Shown piece by piece: positions 1-9,118 of a stretch of 64,000 nucleotides of DNA. The notes under the pieces were generated by a model. That model was not told the origin of the DNA. It did no database searches and was given only the letters and a program-made list of their open reading frames with translations. Position numbers and translations under genes: made by a program. The DNA is taken from NCBI GenBank assembly GCA_028288445.1, contig JAQBNT010000286.1, positions 57-64,056 of the forward strand, read 5' to 3'. Position 1 is the first letter of the stretch. Each line of letters begins with the position of its first letter. The DNA is from Hymenobacter sp. Lineage in GTDB: Bacteria > Bacteroidota > Bacteroidia > Cytophagales > Hymenobacteraceae.

Positions 1-98
1 TTGGGGACTGTCTTTCATGACATTCGAAAGGTAAGGCCCTATTCTGTCCAGGTTTATCCGACCACCTCATATGAGCATTCAAGTTTAGCTGTTTGTTC

Positions 99-476
99 CT
101 ACTGGCAAGCAGCCTTCATGATGGTATCCGTCACTACCCCGAACAAGTGGTCGTTCCGTTTGAAATAATACCCGGTTACTTTCAAGTACGCACTGTCGCA
201 GCGGCCGGTAATAGTGCAAGAGAACGCGGCAGAGTCGCCTTCCGCCAGGGCGTGGTCGCTATAGGTGTAGCTGGTAGCGGTTTTCTCGCCAATGGTTTGC
301 ACCACGGCCGGGTCCGCGAGCAATTGCTCATCGAGGGTAAACAGAAAGCGTGGCGCGGTCCGATAAACATCCCACAAAGCATAACTGCCCCCAGCCAAGA
401 GGATAAGCAAAACGATACCCATAATCGCATTTCTTAGCCTTCTGACCCAGACAAACAACAGTCTAATTATCTCCAC
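99..476 (-). CDS. hypothetical membrane-anchored protein
   Basis: 125-aa ORF with an N-terminal hydrophobic segment (IMGIVLLILLAGGSYALW); lies in the lower-GC patch; no recognised family. Confidence 0.5.
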   Translation of the reverse strand: MEIIRLLFVWVRRLRNAIMGIVLLILLAGGSYALWDVYRTAPRFLFTLDEQLLADPAVVQTIGEKTATSYTYSDHALAEGDSAAFSCTITGRCDSAYLKVTGYYFKRNDHLFGVVTDTIMKAACQ

Positions 477-691
477 TTGGTTTACTGAAACAGTCCAATG
501 AGAGTGCCAGCGACAGTTGCCAGCAATCTGTTAATATTGCTCTTGAGTATTTCTAACTAAATTCATCCGCTACGAATATGCGAGGTCTCCTGCACCACAT
601 TGCTCAATTTGTGATAGCCCTAGCTCGCAGTATTACTTGCAGTATGGGTATCCATCCTTAGCAAGGATTCCAACGCCAAAGGAGGGTTAGT

Positions 692-1234
692 TTAGTGACT
701 GCTCCGCCAGTGAAAATAAGCGCATGCAACCTCTTGCTTAAACCATTCTCCTCCGAGCACGGGGTTAAAGCGGGTGAGCATGCCATCGGTGTCTACGTCC
801 TGCGGAGAGAGGGACTCGATAAATGAATAGGTTCGCACCAGATGGACTTTGGCGGTCACCAACCGCGGCGAGGAGGGCTGGTACTGGTGCAGGTACGCCA
901 ACACCTGGGGCACACTAACGCCGGGCCATTCCGGGCGCAGGCAAGTAATGGGCTGGTCCAGCAGTTCCATGGCGATGCCGTTCAACAAGGCCAAACACCC
1001 CTCTTCGACCAGCTTTTGGTAGCGAACTGATTCGGCCCATTCCTGCTCGAACGACACGGAGAGGTATTGCCAATAAGCCAGCGGGTACTGCCCCTCCGGC
1101 ATCAGCACGGATATGGCTTCTTCGAGGTTGTCATCGAAGTAAAGCAAGATGTCCTTGCGTAGGGCATGGATTTCGGCAAACGCTACGCCCACACGTTCCC
1201 CATTCAATTCGGTGCGGTAGAAAGGACTGTCCAT
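692..1234 (-). CDS. hypothetical protein
   Basis: 180-aa ORF with globular-protein-like composition; no recognised motif. Confidence 0.6.
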   Translation of the reverse strand: MDSPFYRTELNGERVGVAFAEIHALRKDILLYFDDNLEEAISVLMPEGQYPLAYWQYLSVSFEQEWAESVRYQKLVEEGCLALLNGIAMELLDQPITCLRPEWPGVSVPQVLAYLHQYQPSSPRLVTAKVHLVRTYSFIESLSPQDVDTDGMLTRFNPVLGGEWFKQEVACAYFHWRSSH

Positions 1235-1643
1235 GGAGTCAGAATGGGGCCAGCGTTCACGAGCTGGTTATGCACCACGAAGTAAGCAGACGATACGAAA
1301 AAATGCCCTGCCAATAGGTTCAGCGAAACGGTGGGGCCTTGAACAAGGCCCGTCCAGATTAAGGAGCATTATCGCTTCTTTTTTCTCAACTCGTGCACGC
1401 CACAGGCAATGAGAATGAGAAGCCCCAAGAATAAGGGAAGCAGGCGGATTCGTAGGCGGATGGTAAAAGGGATTACCGGCTTCCACCGAAGTCGGCAGCG
1501 CCCATAGTAAGGCAAAGAGTTGGGTTGGCCAACCGGTGAGGCGTTTTAGCATTTGACCAAAGGAGTCAACTGTTCAGGAAACCATGATATCCGCTACGTT
1601 CAAATTAGATTTCTTTGTTGAACACTTTTAGCAACCCACCTGA

Positions 1644-1678
1644 AGGCCCCGAAAGTAGTGTTTTCGGGGCCTCTTTTA
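1644..1678 (+). terminator. possible intrinsic terminator
   Basis: AGGCCCCGAAA / TTTCGGGGCCT 11-bp stem with a 7-nt loop, followed by CTTTTA; no clear upstream + strand gene. Confidence 0.4.
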
Positions 1679-1859
1679 TTGGGAGTAATTTGAACACCCC
1701 TACCTTTCAGAAAACTACAGATTTCCTGCACGTCGCTGGAATGGGGGTCGGGTATCGGGTGGGGTAGAGCGGCAGCATCGCCTGCCCCCACAGCAGCTAG
1801 CCGCCGCATTGCAGAAGCAAGCAGCGAACAGGAGCTGTTTCATTGGGATGAAATAGAAT

Positions 1860-1897
1860 AAAAAAGACCGTCATGCTGAGCATGACGGTCTTTTTTT
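1860..1897. terminator. bidirectional intrinsic terminator downstream of the T9SS gene
   Basis: A6-GACCGTCATGC-TGA-GCATGACGGTC-T7, a perfect 11-bp stem. Confidence 0.85.
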
Positions 1898-1920
1898 CAT
1901 TGGCTGACTGCTGCCAGCCG

Positions 1921-3039
1921 CTACTGCTTCACCACTTTCGTCGTGATGCGCTGCTGACCATCAGCATATTCGGCCAAATAAATGCCGCTGGCCAGCTGGC
2001 CCAGCGGCAAAGCCGTGCTGGCCGTGCCGGGCTGCGCCGCCAGCGTAGCCACCGGCTGGCCAGTGGCCGAGTACAGCGTCAGGCGGGCACCGGCCGGCGC
2101 GGCCGGGTGCTGAATCGTCAGGTTATCGGCCACCGGGTTGGGGTAGGCCACCAGGGTGGTTTGCACGCGGGCAGCGGCGGTGGCGGTAGCCGTGCCGGCC
2201 TGGCCCTTCAGGGTCACGTCCCGCAGCAGAATGTAGCGGCCGACAGCCGAGTTGTTGATGGTGAAATACAGCCGCACGGTGAGCGTGCCGCCGGCCGGCA
2301 GCACCACGCCGGCGGCCTGGTTGAGGGCGAAGCGGAAAGTGCCGTTGTTGCCGTTGGAACTCACAAACTGCGGCACGATGGCCGCCGCCGTGCTGGTACT
2401 GCCGGTAGCCGGAAACGAGCCGTCGGCCGTGGCGGGCAGCACGCCGCCGCTGGAGGCGGGCACTACCAGGGTGCCCGAAGTGTAGCCCGCGTAAGCCGGC
2501 CCCTTGCCCCCGGTGAAGTTGGAGGAGTCGGCCGTGAAGTTGCTGAGCGAGTACATCACCGCTACCCGGCCGCCGGGCGAGCTGGTAGCCGCGGCGGTGA
2601 ACAGCAAGGAGTCGATGCGCGTAGCGGCAGCGGCTGTCACAGAAAATTGCTCATAATGGCTGCGCCGGGGCGTGGAGCCCGGACCAGCCGAAGGGGCGGC
2701 CGAGGGCCAGCCGCTGCCGTCCGCATTCGGTGCGAAAGCCTGGCCGCGCGTGGCCGAATAAGCCGTGGTGGCAGTGCCGCTGGCCGGCGTGGAGCCGTCC
2801 GACACCACAAGGCGCGAGAAGCGGGCGGCCGCCGTGAGGCCCGCCGAGCGCAGGGCCACGCTGTCCTGGTTGCTGCGCTTCATCGACCACACGGCGCGGC
2901 CGGCCGTCTGGGCCTGCGCTTGCCCGGCCAGGCCGGCGCTAACGACTGCGGCTACCGCCAGCGTTTTTAAAATTGAATTTAATTTATAATCAGCATTTGA
3001 AATTTGATTAGCAAATGGCAGGAGTAAAACGTTCTTCAT
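1921..3039 (-). CDS. T9SS type A sorting domain-containing secreted protein, unknown function
   Basis: Signal peptide (LAVAAVVSAGLAGQAQAQ), Thr/Ala linker, C-terminal YPNPVADNL...YSATGQ...L..GIY...KVVKQ. Confidence 0.88.
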   Translation of the reverse strand: MKNVLLLPFANQISNADYKLNSILKTLAVAAVVSAGLAGQAQAQTAGRAVWSMKRSNQDSVALRSAGLTAAARFSRLVVSDGSTPASGTATTAYSATRGQAFAPNADGSGWPSAAPSAGPGSTPRRSHYEQFSVTAAAATRIDSLLFTAAATSSPGGRVAVMYSLSNFTADSSNFTGGKGPAYAGYTSGTLVVPASSGGVLPATADGSFPATGSTSTAAAIVPQFVSSNGNNGTFRFALNQAAGVVLPAGGTLTVRLYFTINNSAVGRYILLRDVTLKGQAGTATATAAARVQTTLVAYPNPVADNLTIQHPAAPAGARLTLYSATGQPVATLAAQPGTASTALPLGQLASGIYLAEYADGQQRITTKVVKQ

Positions 3040-3178
3040 GACTTATGGGAATTCTGTTGAGCGGAAAAATGGAAATGAGTAGTTGGGAAAGCGCCGCCGC
3101 TATTATCACAACGGCTTGAACAATTATCAACTTAAAAATCCGTAATTCCTTGCCATTTGGGCGTTTATTTTACGCACA

Positions 3179-3206
3179 CGTTGCCGGTAACGCTACCGGT
3201 AACGTT
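3179..3206. promoter_or_regulatory. putative LacI-family operator between divergent T9SS genes
   Basis: CGTTGCCGGTAACGCTACCGGTAACGTT; core CCGGTAACGCTACCGG is a one-mismatch palindrome with central CG; near-identical to 21457-21481. Confidence 0.7.
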
Positions 3207-3451
3207 ATTTTGAGAAAGGTTTTTTCCAGGCGTTTTGTCGAATGAGTCGATTATCTCTCGATTTGCCAATGACTAGCCAGCCCACTGGCCGGACTGCGCG
3301 GGCAGCAGACAAAAATTGCACTATGTTTAAGGCACAGTAATTTCTGGCACCAGCTTAAAGAAGTTTAGTCGCCAGCCTGATGCGGGCCGTGTGCCCGCGC
3401 CAAAAGCCGCAAGCCCGCATTGCAATTTTCCACTTCCCACCCATTTTCCTG

Positions 3452-5239
3452 ATGCGACTTTTTACTCGCCCGCTCCGGGCGCTGCTCCCCTTCCTGGCCC
3501 TGGCCAGCCTGCCGGGCCGGGCCCAAACCCCCAGCGCCCTGATTCGGATTTCGGTGCAGGGCCGCCTGCAGTACGTGCCCGACAGCCGGGGCAATACCGT
3601 GCCCGATTTCAGCGCCGTGGGCTACCGCAGCGGCGACGTGGCCATCCCCACGGTGCCCGTGGCGGTGACGCTGGCCCCGGTGGCGGGCGACAACCGGGCA
3701 CGCATTCAGGCGGCCATTGCGCAGGTATCGGCCCTGCCGCTGAATGCCAGCGGGTTTCGGGGTGCGGTGCTGCTCACGGCGGGCACGTATGCCGTGAGCG
3801 GCCCGCTGGTGGTGAGCGCCAGCGGCGTGGTGCTGCGCGGGCAGGGCGCGGGGACGGCGGGCACTAAACTGGTGGCCACCTTGCGGCAGCAGCACACGCT
3901 GGTGGCGTTCACGGGCGCGGGCCGGGCATCGGCGCAGAGCAGCACGGGCAAGCTCATTACCAATGCCTACCTGCCCATTGGGGCGCGCACCTGCACGGTG
4001 GCCAGCGGCCACACGTTTGCGGTGGGCGACTTGGTGGTGCTGCGCCGCACGCCCAATCAGGCCTGGATTAACCTGCTGGGCATGGACACGCTGTACGCCG
4101 AAGACTCGACCTGCGTGGACTGGACGCCCGGCAGCTACACCATTGATTTCAAGCGCAAAGTGACGGCCGTGAGCGGCAACACCATCACGCTCGACGCGCC
4201 GGTGGTGGACCCCATCGACCCGACCTACGCCACCGGCACGCTGCTGAAATATACCTGGACTGGCAAGATTGAGAACGTGGGCATCGAAAGCCTGCGCCTA
4301 GATTCGGAATACAGCAGCCCCACCGACGAGCAGCACGGCTGGGACGGCGTGGATTTCGAAAACGCCCAAAACGGCTGGGTGCGCGATGTGGAAGTGTACC
4401 ACTTCGGGTTCGCGGCGGTGCGGGTGCTCACGAGCAGCGCCTTCATCAGTGTCCTGAACTCGAAGTGCTTCGATGCCATTGCCCTCACGATGGGCGAGCG
4501 CAAGTATTCGTTCTGCATCGAGGGGCAGCGCAACCTAGTAATGGATTGCTTCACGCGCCTGGGCCGGCACGATTTCATGACCGGGGCGCGGGTGGCGGGG
4601 CCGAATGCCTTTGTGCGCTGCACGGCCACGCAGCAGCTCAACATTGCCGGGCCACACGGCCGCTGGGCCACCGGCACCCTCTACGACAACCTGGTGGGCG
4701 ACGGCCCCCTGAACCTTGAAAACCGCCGCACCTCGGGCACCGGCCACGGCTGGGCCGGCGCGCAAAACATGCTCTGGAACTGCACCGCCGCCACGGCCAC
4801 GGTGCAGAGCCCGCCGGGCCACATCAACTGGTCGGTGGGCACGCGGGCCATTGTGTCGGGCGTGGGCATCTTCTTCACCGGCCAGGGCTACGTGGAATCG
4901 ACGGGCACCTTCGTGGCCCCGCAAAGCCTGTACGACCGGCAGCTGTGCGAGCGGCTGGGTGGCGCGGCCTGCGCTACCGCAACGGCGAATAGGGCCGCCG
5001 GGCCCGAGGAGCAGGTTATCGTGTACCCCAACCCGCACAGCCGCAACGTCACGGTCTATTTCCCCGGCACCACGGGCCAGCTCACGCTCACCGATAGCAT
5101 GGGCCGCGTGGTGCGCGAGCAGGCTGGTTTCGCGCCGGGGCTGCTGAACTTGGGGAAGCTGGCGGCGGGGGCCTACTTGCTGCGCGTGGTGACGCGCGAG
5201 GGCAAGGTGTTTACCCGGAAGATTATCCGGCAGGAATAG
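3452..5239 (+). CDS. secreted right-handed beta-helix (pectate lyase-like fold) protein with T9SS CTD
   Basis: Signal peptide from ATG 3452; GNTVPDFSAVGY, GAVLLTAGTY, GVVLRGQG and repeated beta-helix rungs; C-terminal VYPNP...GRVV...LAAGAYLLRV...KIIRQE. Confidence 0.8.
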   Translation: MRLFTRPLRALLPFLALASLPGRAQTPSALIRISVQGRLQYVPDSRGNTVPDFSAVGYRSGDVAIPTVPVAVTLAPVAGDNRARIQAAIAQVSALPLNASGFRGAVLLTAGTYAVSGPLVVSASGVVLRGQGAGTAGTKLVATLRQQHTLVAFTGAGRASAQSSTGKLITNAYLPIGARTCTVASGHTFAVGDLVVLRRTPNQAWINLLGMDTLYAEDSTCVDWTPGSYTIDFKRKVTAVSGNTITLDAPVVDPIDPTYATGTLLKYTWTGKIENVGIESLRLDSEYSSPTDEQHGWDGVDFENAQNGWVRDVEVYHFGFAAVRVLTSSAFISVLNSKCFDAIALTMGERKYSFCIEGQRNLVMDCFTRLGRHDFMTGARVAGPNAFVRCTATQQLNIAGPHGRWATGTLYDNLVGDGPLNLENRRTSGTGHGWAGAQNMLWNCTAATATVQSPPGHINWSVGTRAIVSGVGIFFTGQGYVESTGTFVAPQSLYDRQLCERLGGAACATATANRAAGPEEQVIVYPNPHSRNVTVYFPGTTGQLTLTDSMGRVVREQAGFAPGLLNLGKLAAGAYLLRVVTREGKVFTRKIIRQE

Positions 5240-5256
5240 CCGAGGGGATGGATTAG

Positions 5257-5310
5257 CAGCATCCGCAAGGGGCGGCTTCCTGATTGGAAAGCCACCCCTT
5301 GCGGATGCTG
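5257..5310. repeat. intergenic palindromic hairpin (REP-like or terminator)
   Basis: CAGCATCCGCAAGGGG (5257-5272) pairs perfectly with CCCCTTGCGGATGCTG (5295-5310), plus an inner GGCTT/AAGCC stem. Confidence 0.7.
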
Positions 5311-5334
5311 GTGCGCAACGCCTTATTTTCGCCG

Positions 5335-5697
5335 ATGAAAAACCTGCTGAAAATGGAAGAACTGGCCGAAGCGCTGTTCGCCCTGGTCGTATTTGCCCAC
5401 CTGCCCTACGCATGGTGGATACTTCCCGCTACCTTCCTCCTGCCCGACCTGAGCATGGTGGGCTATCTGGCGGGGCCACGCGTGGGGGCCTTTTGCTACA
5501 ATCTGGCTCACCACAAGGCGTTGGCCGTGGCGGTGGGGCTTGGGGGCTGGTGGCTGGGCCAGCCCGTGCTGATGCTGGCGGGCTCAGTGCTGCTCTTCCA
5601 CAGCGCATTCGACCGGCTGTTGGGCTACGGCCTTAAGTATGCGACCGGCTTTAAGGACACGCACCTGGGCCGCGTGGGCACCGTGCAGCCGGGGTAG
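5335..5697 (+). CDS. DUF4260 family membrane protein
   Basis: LLPDLSMVGYLAGPRVGAFCYNLAHH and H.AFDRLLGYGLKY..GFKDTHLG motifs. Confidence 0.85.
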   Translation: MKNLLKMEELAEALFALVVFAHLPYAWWILPATFLLPDLSMVGYLAGPRVGAFCYNLAHHKALAVAVGLGGWWLGQPVLMLAGSVLLFHSAFDRLLGYGLKYATGFKDTHLGRVGTVQPG

Positions 5698-5776
5698 CAA
5701 ACAGTCAGAAGAAGTGCTTGGCAGCTGAAGGGCATAACCACATGGTTAATTACTACACTGTGCTTCGGGCGCGGTA

Positions 5777-8053
5777 CTACGGAACGTAGAACCGTACCTG
5801 CATTTGCTCGCCAGCGGTCAGCAGCCGGGCCAGGTACCAACCCGTGGGCAGTCCGGCTACGGATACTACCCCAGCTTCACTCGCTGCTTGCCGTTTCACT
5901 AACTGGCCGGTAAACGAATACAGGTCCACGCGGGCATCCGGCGCAAAACCCTGGCCGGAATAGTGAAGCTGGCCTTGCTCGCTAATGGTTGGGTACACTT
6001 CGAAACGGACGGCCAGAGCCGCCGACAGGCCGGTTTGCATGGTGCGCACGGGCGAGTAGGTAGTGGTGCCGTCTTTATCTACCTGCCGCAGGCGGTAGTA
6101 GAGCACGGCGGCGGTAGGCAGGTTGGCATCGCGCCAGGCATAGGCAGTTGGGCTGGTAGAATTGCCTTGCGCCGGCACCTGGTCCAGCGTTTCGAAGGTG
6201 CGGCCGTCGGTGGTGCTGCGCTCGATGGCGAAGTGGGCGCTGTTGCGCTCGGAGGCGGTGTGCCAGGCAAGTTGGGCGGCTCCGGTGCCAGTCGGGGTGG
6301 CCGTGAAATCAACCAGCTCAACGGGCAGCGGGGTGGCGGATGCGGTTAGCGAAAAGTCTTCCACGCCCAGCGCGTCGTCGGTGCCGGCCACGTTGAGGTC
6401 GTTCCAGCGGATGAATAGGCTGCCGCCGGGCGCGATGTTCACCGCAATGATGGCGGTGCGGGCGGCGCGGTTGGCGGGGTCGTTGCCGTCGAGGGCGGTG
6501 TTGGTAGCGGGGCTGGTGGGGCTGGCAAAATTCAGGGCCGGCACGGCGGTGAAGGTGCCGGTGGTGAGGGCCGTTGCACTGGTGCTGTACTCAAACTCGA
6601 TGCGGTCGGTGAGGCCGGAGCCGCCGGCGCGCCACATTTCGCCGGTGTAGCTGATGCGAATGCTGGTGATGGTCTGGCCCGTGTTGTTGACAAACGCCGC
6701 GCCGATAGTGGACTGCACGCCGCTGTTCTGCACCGTGCCGAAGGCGCGGTCGGTGGTGCCGGCGGTGCCCAGGCTATAGGTGTTGCCGGTGTTGCTGGCG
6801 GCGGTCGAGTATGTGTTGTCGGGCGCGCTGGAGCCGGGGCCGCTGGCGGGCACCACTTCCACGAAGTCCCAGCCGGTGGGCAGGGTGGCTTTGGCATTGG
6901 TGCCGCCCGTGCTCGCCAGCGTGTTGAAATTTTCCGCATACGCCACGTTCAGGCCCGTGAGGCTGGTGGCTCCCGCCCCGGATACGAAGGTTTCGACCGG
7001 GCCGTAGCTCGTGCCGTTGGCATTGGTGGCGTAGGCGGCCACGTAGTAGGTGGTGAAGTGCGTGAGCCCTGTGAGGGCCGTGCTGAACGCGCCCAGGCCG
7101 CTGCCCACCGCCACGGCCGTGGCATCGGGGCCGCCGAGGGTGGGCGTCAGGTTGGTGGCGCTGTACACCACGCCCCGGCCCGAAACCGGGCCATTGGTGC
7201 CGGCGCTGCTCACATTGCCGCCCACAGTGGTGCTGAGGGCCGTCACGGCCGGCGCATCCGTGGTCACGGCGGGTAGCTGCACGGCCGTAAGCTGGAAGTC
7301 ATCGATGCCCAGGCCGTCGTCGTTCCCGCTCACATCGAAGTCCACCCAGCGCAGGTAAATGGTTGCGCCCGCATCCAGATGCACGGGCAGGAAGACGCTG
7401 ACCAGCTGAAAATTGCCGGCCGCGTTGCCATCCAGCGTCACGGCGGCGCCGGGCGCGGCGGCGGTGTTGTAGCGGGGGCTGGCAAAGCTCAGGGCGGCCA
7501 CGGTGGTGTAGCCGCCGCTAATCAGGCTGGCGGCCGGCGTGCCGGTGGTGGTCACGTACTGGAAATCGAGCCGGTCGGCATCGGCGCGGGCGCTGTTGCC
7601 GTTGCGCCACTGCTCGCCCTGGTACTGAATGGTGAAGCCGTCAATCGGGCTGCCCGTGAGGTTGCGAAAAGCCACGCCCAGCGTTGCGGCCAGGCTGGTG
7701 CCGGCGCTGGTGTTTTGCACCGCGCCGAAGGCCCGGTCGGCGGCCCCGTTCACGCTGGTGCTGGCTCCGAAGCTGTAGGTGTCGCCCACGCCGGTGCTGC
7801 CCGTTGATACCGCGTAGGTGCCGTTGGCCAGGTCGCCGGTTTCGGCAAAGCCCCAGCCGGCGGGCAAAGCATTGCTGGTGCTGCCCGACGTGCGGAACAG
7901 CGTATTGAAATTCTGGGTGTAGGCATTGGCGCTGCCAAAGCCCGTCACATCGACCGGCGTGATGGTGGTGGGCGTCTGGGTTTGCGCCTGGCCGGCCAGC
8001 GGCAGCAGGCCCAGGCCAAAGCCAAGTCCCAAAACAGTGTAGAGTTTAGGCAT
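5777..8053 (-). CDS. T9SS-secreted protein with a duplicated beta-sandwich-like domain and an FN3-like central module
   Basis: Start at ATG 8053 (MPKLYTVLGLGFGLGLLPLAGQAQ); two copies of NFNTL...LP.GW...YS.G...DRAFG...RW.D.....DD.LG..DF.LTA; LPVELVDF and YYRLRQVDKDG...YSP before the CTD. Confidence 0.85.
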   Translation of the reverse strand: MPKLYTVLGLGFGLGLLPLAGQAQTQTPTTITPVDVTGFGSANAYTQNFNTLFRTSGSTSNALPAGWGFAETGDLANGTYAVSTGSTGVGDTYSFGASTSVNGAADRAFGAVQNTSAGTSLAATLGVAFRNLTGSPIDGFTIQYQGEQWRNGNSARADADRLDFQYVTTTGTPAASLISGGYTTVAALSFASPRYNTAAAPGAAVTLDGNAAGNFQLVSVFLPVHLDAGATIYLRWVDFDVSGNDDGLGIDDFQLTAVQLPAVTTDAPAVTALSTTVGGNVSSAGTNGPVSGRGVVYSATNLTPTLGGPDATAVAVGSGLGAFSTALTGLTHFTTYYVAAYATNANGTSYGPVETFVSGAGATSLTGLNVAYAENFNTLASTGGTNAKATLPTGWDFVEVVPASGPGSSAPDNTYSTAASNTGNTYSLGTAGTTDRAFGTVQNSGVQSTIGAAFVNNTGQTITSIRISYTGEMWRAGGSGLTDRIEFEYSTSATALTTGTFTAVPALNFASPTSPATNTALDGNDPANRAARTAIIAVNIAPGGSLFIRWNDLNVAGTDDALGVEDFSLTASATPLPVELVDFTATPTGTGAAQLAWHTASERNSAHFAIERSTTDGRTFETLDQVPAQGNSTSPTAYAWRDANLPTAAVLYYRLRQVDKDGTTTYSPVRTMQTGLSAALAVRFEVYPTISEQGQLHYSGQGFAPDARVDLYSFTGQLVKRQAASEAGVVSVAGLPTGWYLARLLTAGEQMQVRFYVP

Positions 8054-8162
8054 ATTTTCAATGGAAAATGGGGGTAAAAAGGGCACAGCGCGGCCGGGAA
8101 TAGCATTCGACGAGGCCAATTGACCCCGCCGAATGCCATCCGGCCACTTACCCACAAAGGCG

Positions 8163-8190
8163 AAAAAAAGCCCCGCAATCAGCGGGACTT
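8163..8190 (-). terminator. intrinsic terminator after the esterase gene
   Basis: Minus strand reads AAGTCCCGC-TGATT-GCGGGGCTTTTTTT. Confidence 0.65.
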
Positions 8191-8201
8191 CAGGCATCGG
8201 A

Positions 8202-9083
8202 CTATAGCCCGACTTCGGTCAGAAACTTCATGATGGCTTCATTCACCCGCTTGTTTTCCTCGGCCGGAAACTTGCCGTGCAGGCCGCCGGGCACGGTCAC
8301 AAACTCGGTTTTTACGCCCATCGCCAGCAGCTTTTTATGCAAGTCTACCGACTGCGAGTAGGCCACCGTGGGGTCGGCGTCGCCGTGCGCGATGAAGGTG
8401 GGCGGGCTGGTTTTCTTCACCAGATAGAGCGGCGAAACCGACTGCACAAAGGCCTCATCACCAAAATGCGGCCCCAGCCACTGCTTACCCGATTTGCTGG
8501 GCCAGGTCCCGGCGTTGGTGATGCCGTACTTGTCCACAATAGCCAGCACTTTCACCTTCTCTTTGGTGGGGCAGTTGGTGTCGAAGCGGTGGTCGTTTTC
8601 GAGCAGGCCGCCCACCAAAGCCAGGTGCCCGCCCGCCGAAGCGCCCATAATCACGATTTTGTTCGGGTCAATGTTCAGCTTCTTCGCGTTGTTAATCAGG
8701 TAAATCAACGCGCAGCGCACGTCCTCCACCGCCGCCGGGGCCGGGGCCTGTTGCGAGAGGCGGTATTCCACATTCGCCACCGCGTAGCCCTTCCGGAAAA
8801 AGCCGCTGAACCCCGACTGCGACTCCTTAGTGCCCTTGTTCCAGCCGCCGCCGTGGATGTTGATGATGACGGGCGTGGGCGCACTGCTGGCCGGTGGCAG
8901 GTAAAGGTCCATGCGCCCGTCCCAGCCGTTGACGCGGGTGTACACCACGTCAATCTGCTTGGTGAAGCCTTTCGGTACCGGAATCACCTTCACGGTGGAA
9001 TCGGTGGGAATGGGCGGGCCGGCCTGGCAGTGGGCGAGTTGGGCGCAGGCCAGGAGGCTGAGGGAGAGGATGAGGGATTTCAT
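8202..9083 (-). CDS. secreted alpha/beta hydrolase (BD-FAE/HSL-like carbohydrate esterase)
   Basis: Signal peptide, HGGGW oxyanion motif, GASAGG nucleophile elbow, HGDAD, C-terminal LHG. Confidence 0.9.
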   Translation of the reverse strand: MKSLILSLSLLACAQLAHCQAGPPIPTDSTVKVIPVPKGFTKQIDVVYTRVNGWDGRMDLYLPPASSAPTPVIINIHGGGWNKGTKESQSGFSGFFRKGYAVANVEYRLSQQAPAPAAVEDVRCALIYLINNAKKLNIDPNKIVIMGASAGGHLALVGGLLENDHRFDTNCPTKEKVKVLAIVDKYGITNAGTWPSKSGKQWLGPHFGDEAFVQSVSPLYLVKKTSPPTFIAHGDADPTVAYSQSVDLHKKLLAMGVKTEFVTVPGGLHGKFPAEENKRVNEAIMKFLTEVGL

Positions 9084-9118
9084 TGGAGAAGGGTGGGATT
9101 TGGTGAGGTGAACGCCGG

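Noticed and set aside
1210-1370. Minus-strand frame reading HFFVSSAYFVVHN, like a Hint/intein C-terminal motif
   Set aside because: The frame is closed by a stop just upstream, has no start, and no toxin domain follows; probably coincidental.
1268-1809. ORFs 1268-1552 and 1600-1809 as genes
   Set aside because: No recognisable motifs or codon bias; likely spurious or decayed remnants.
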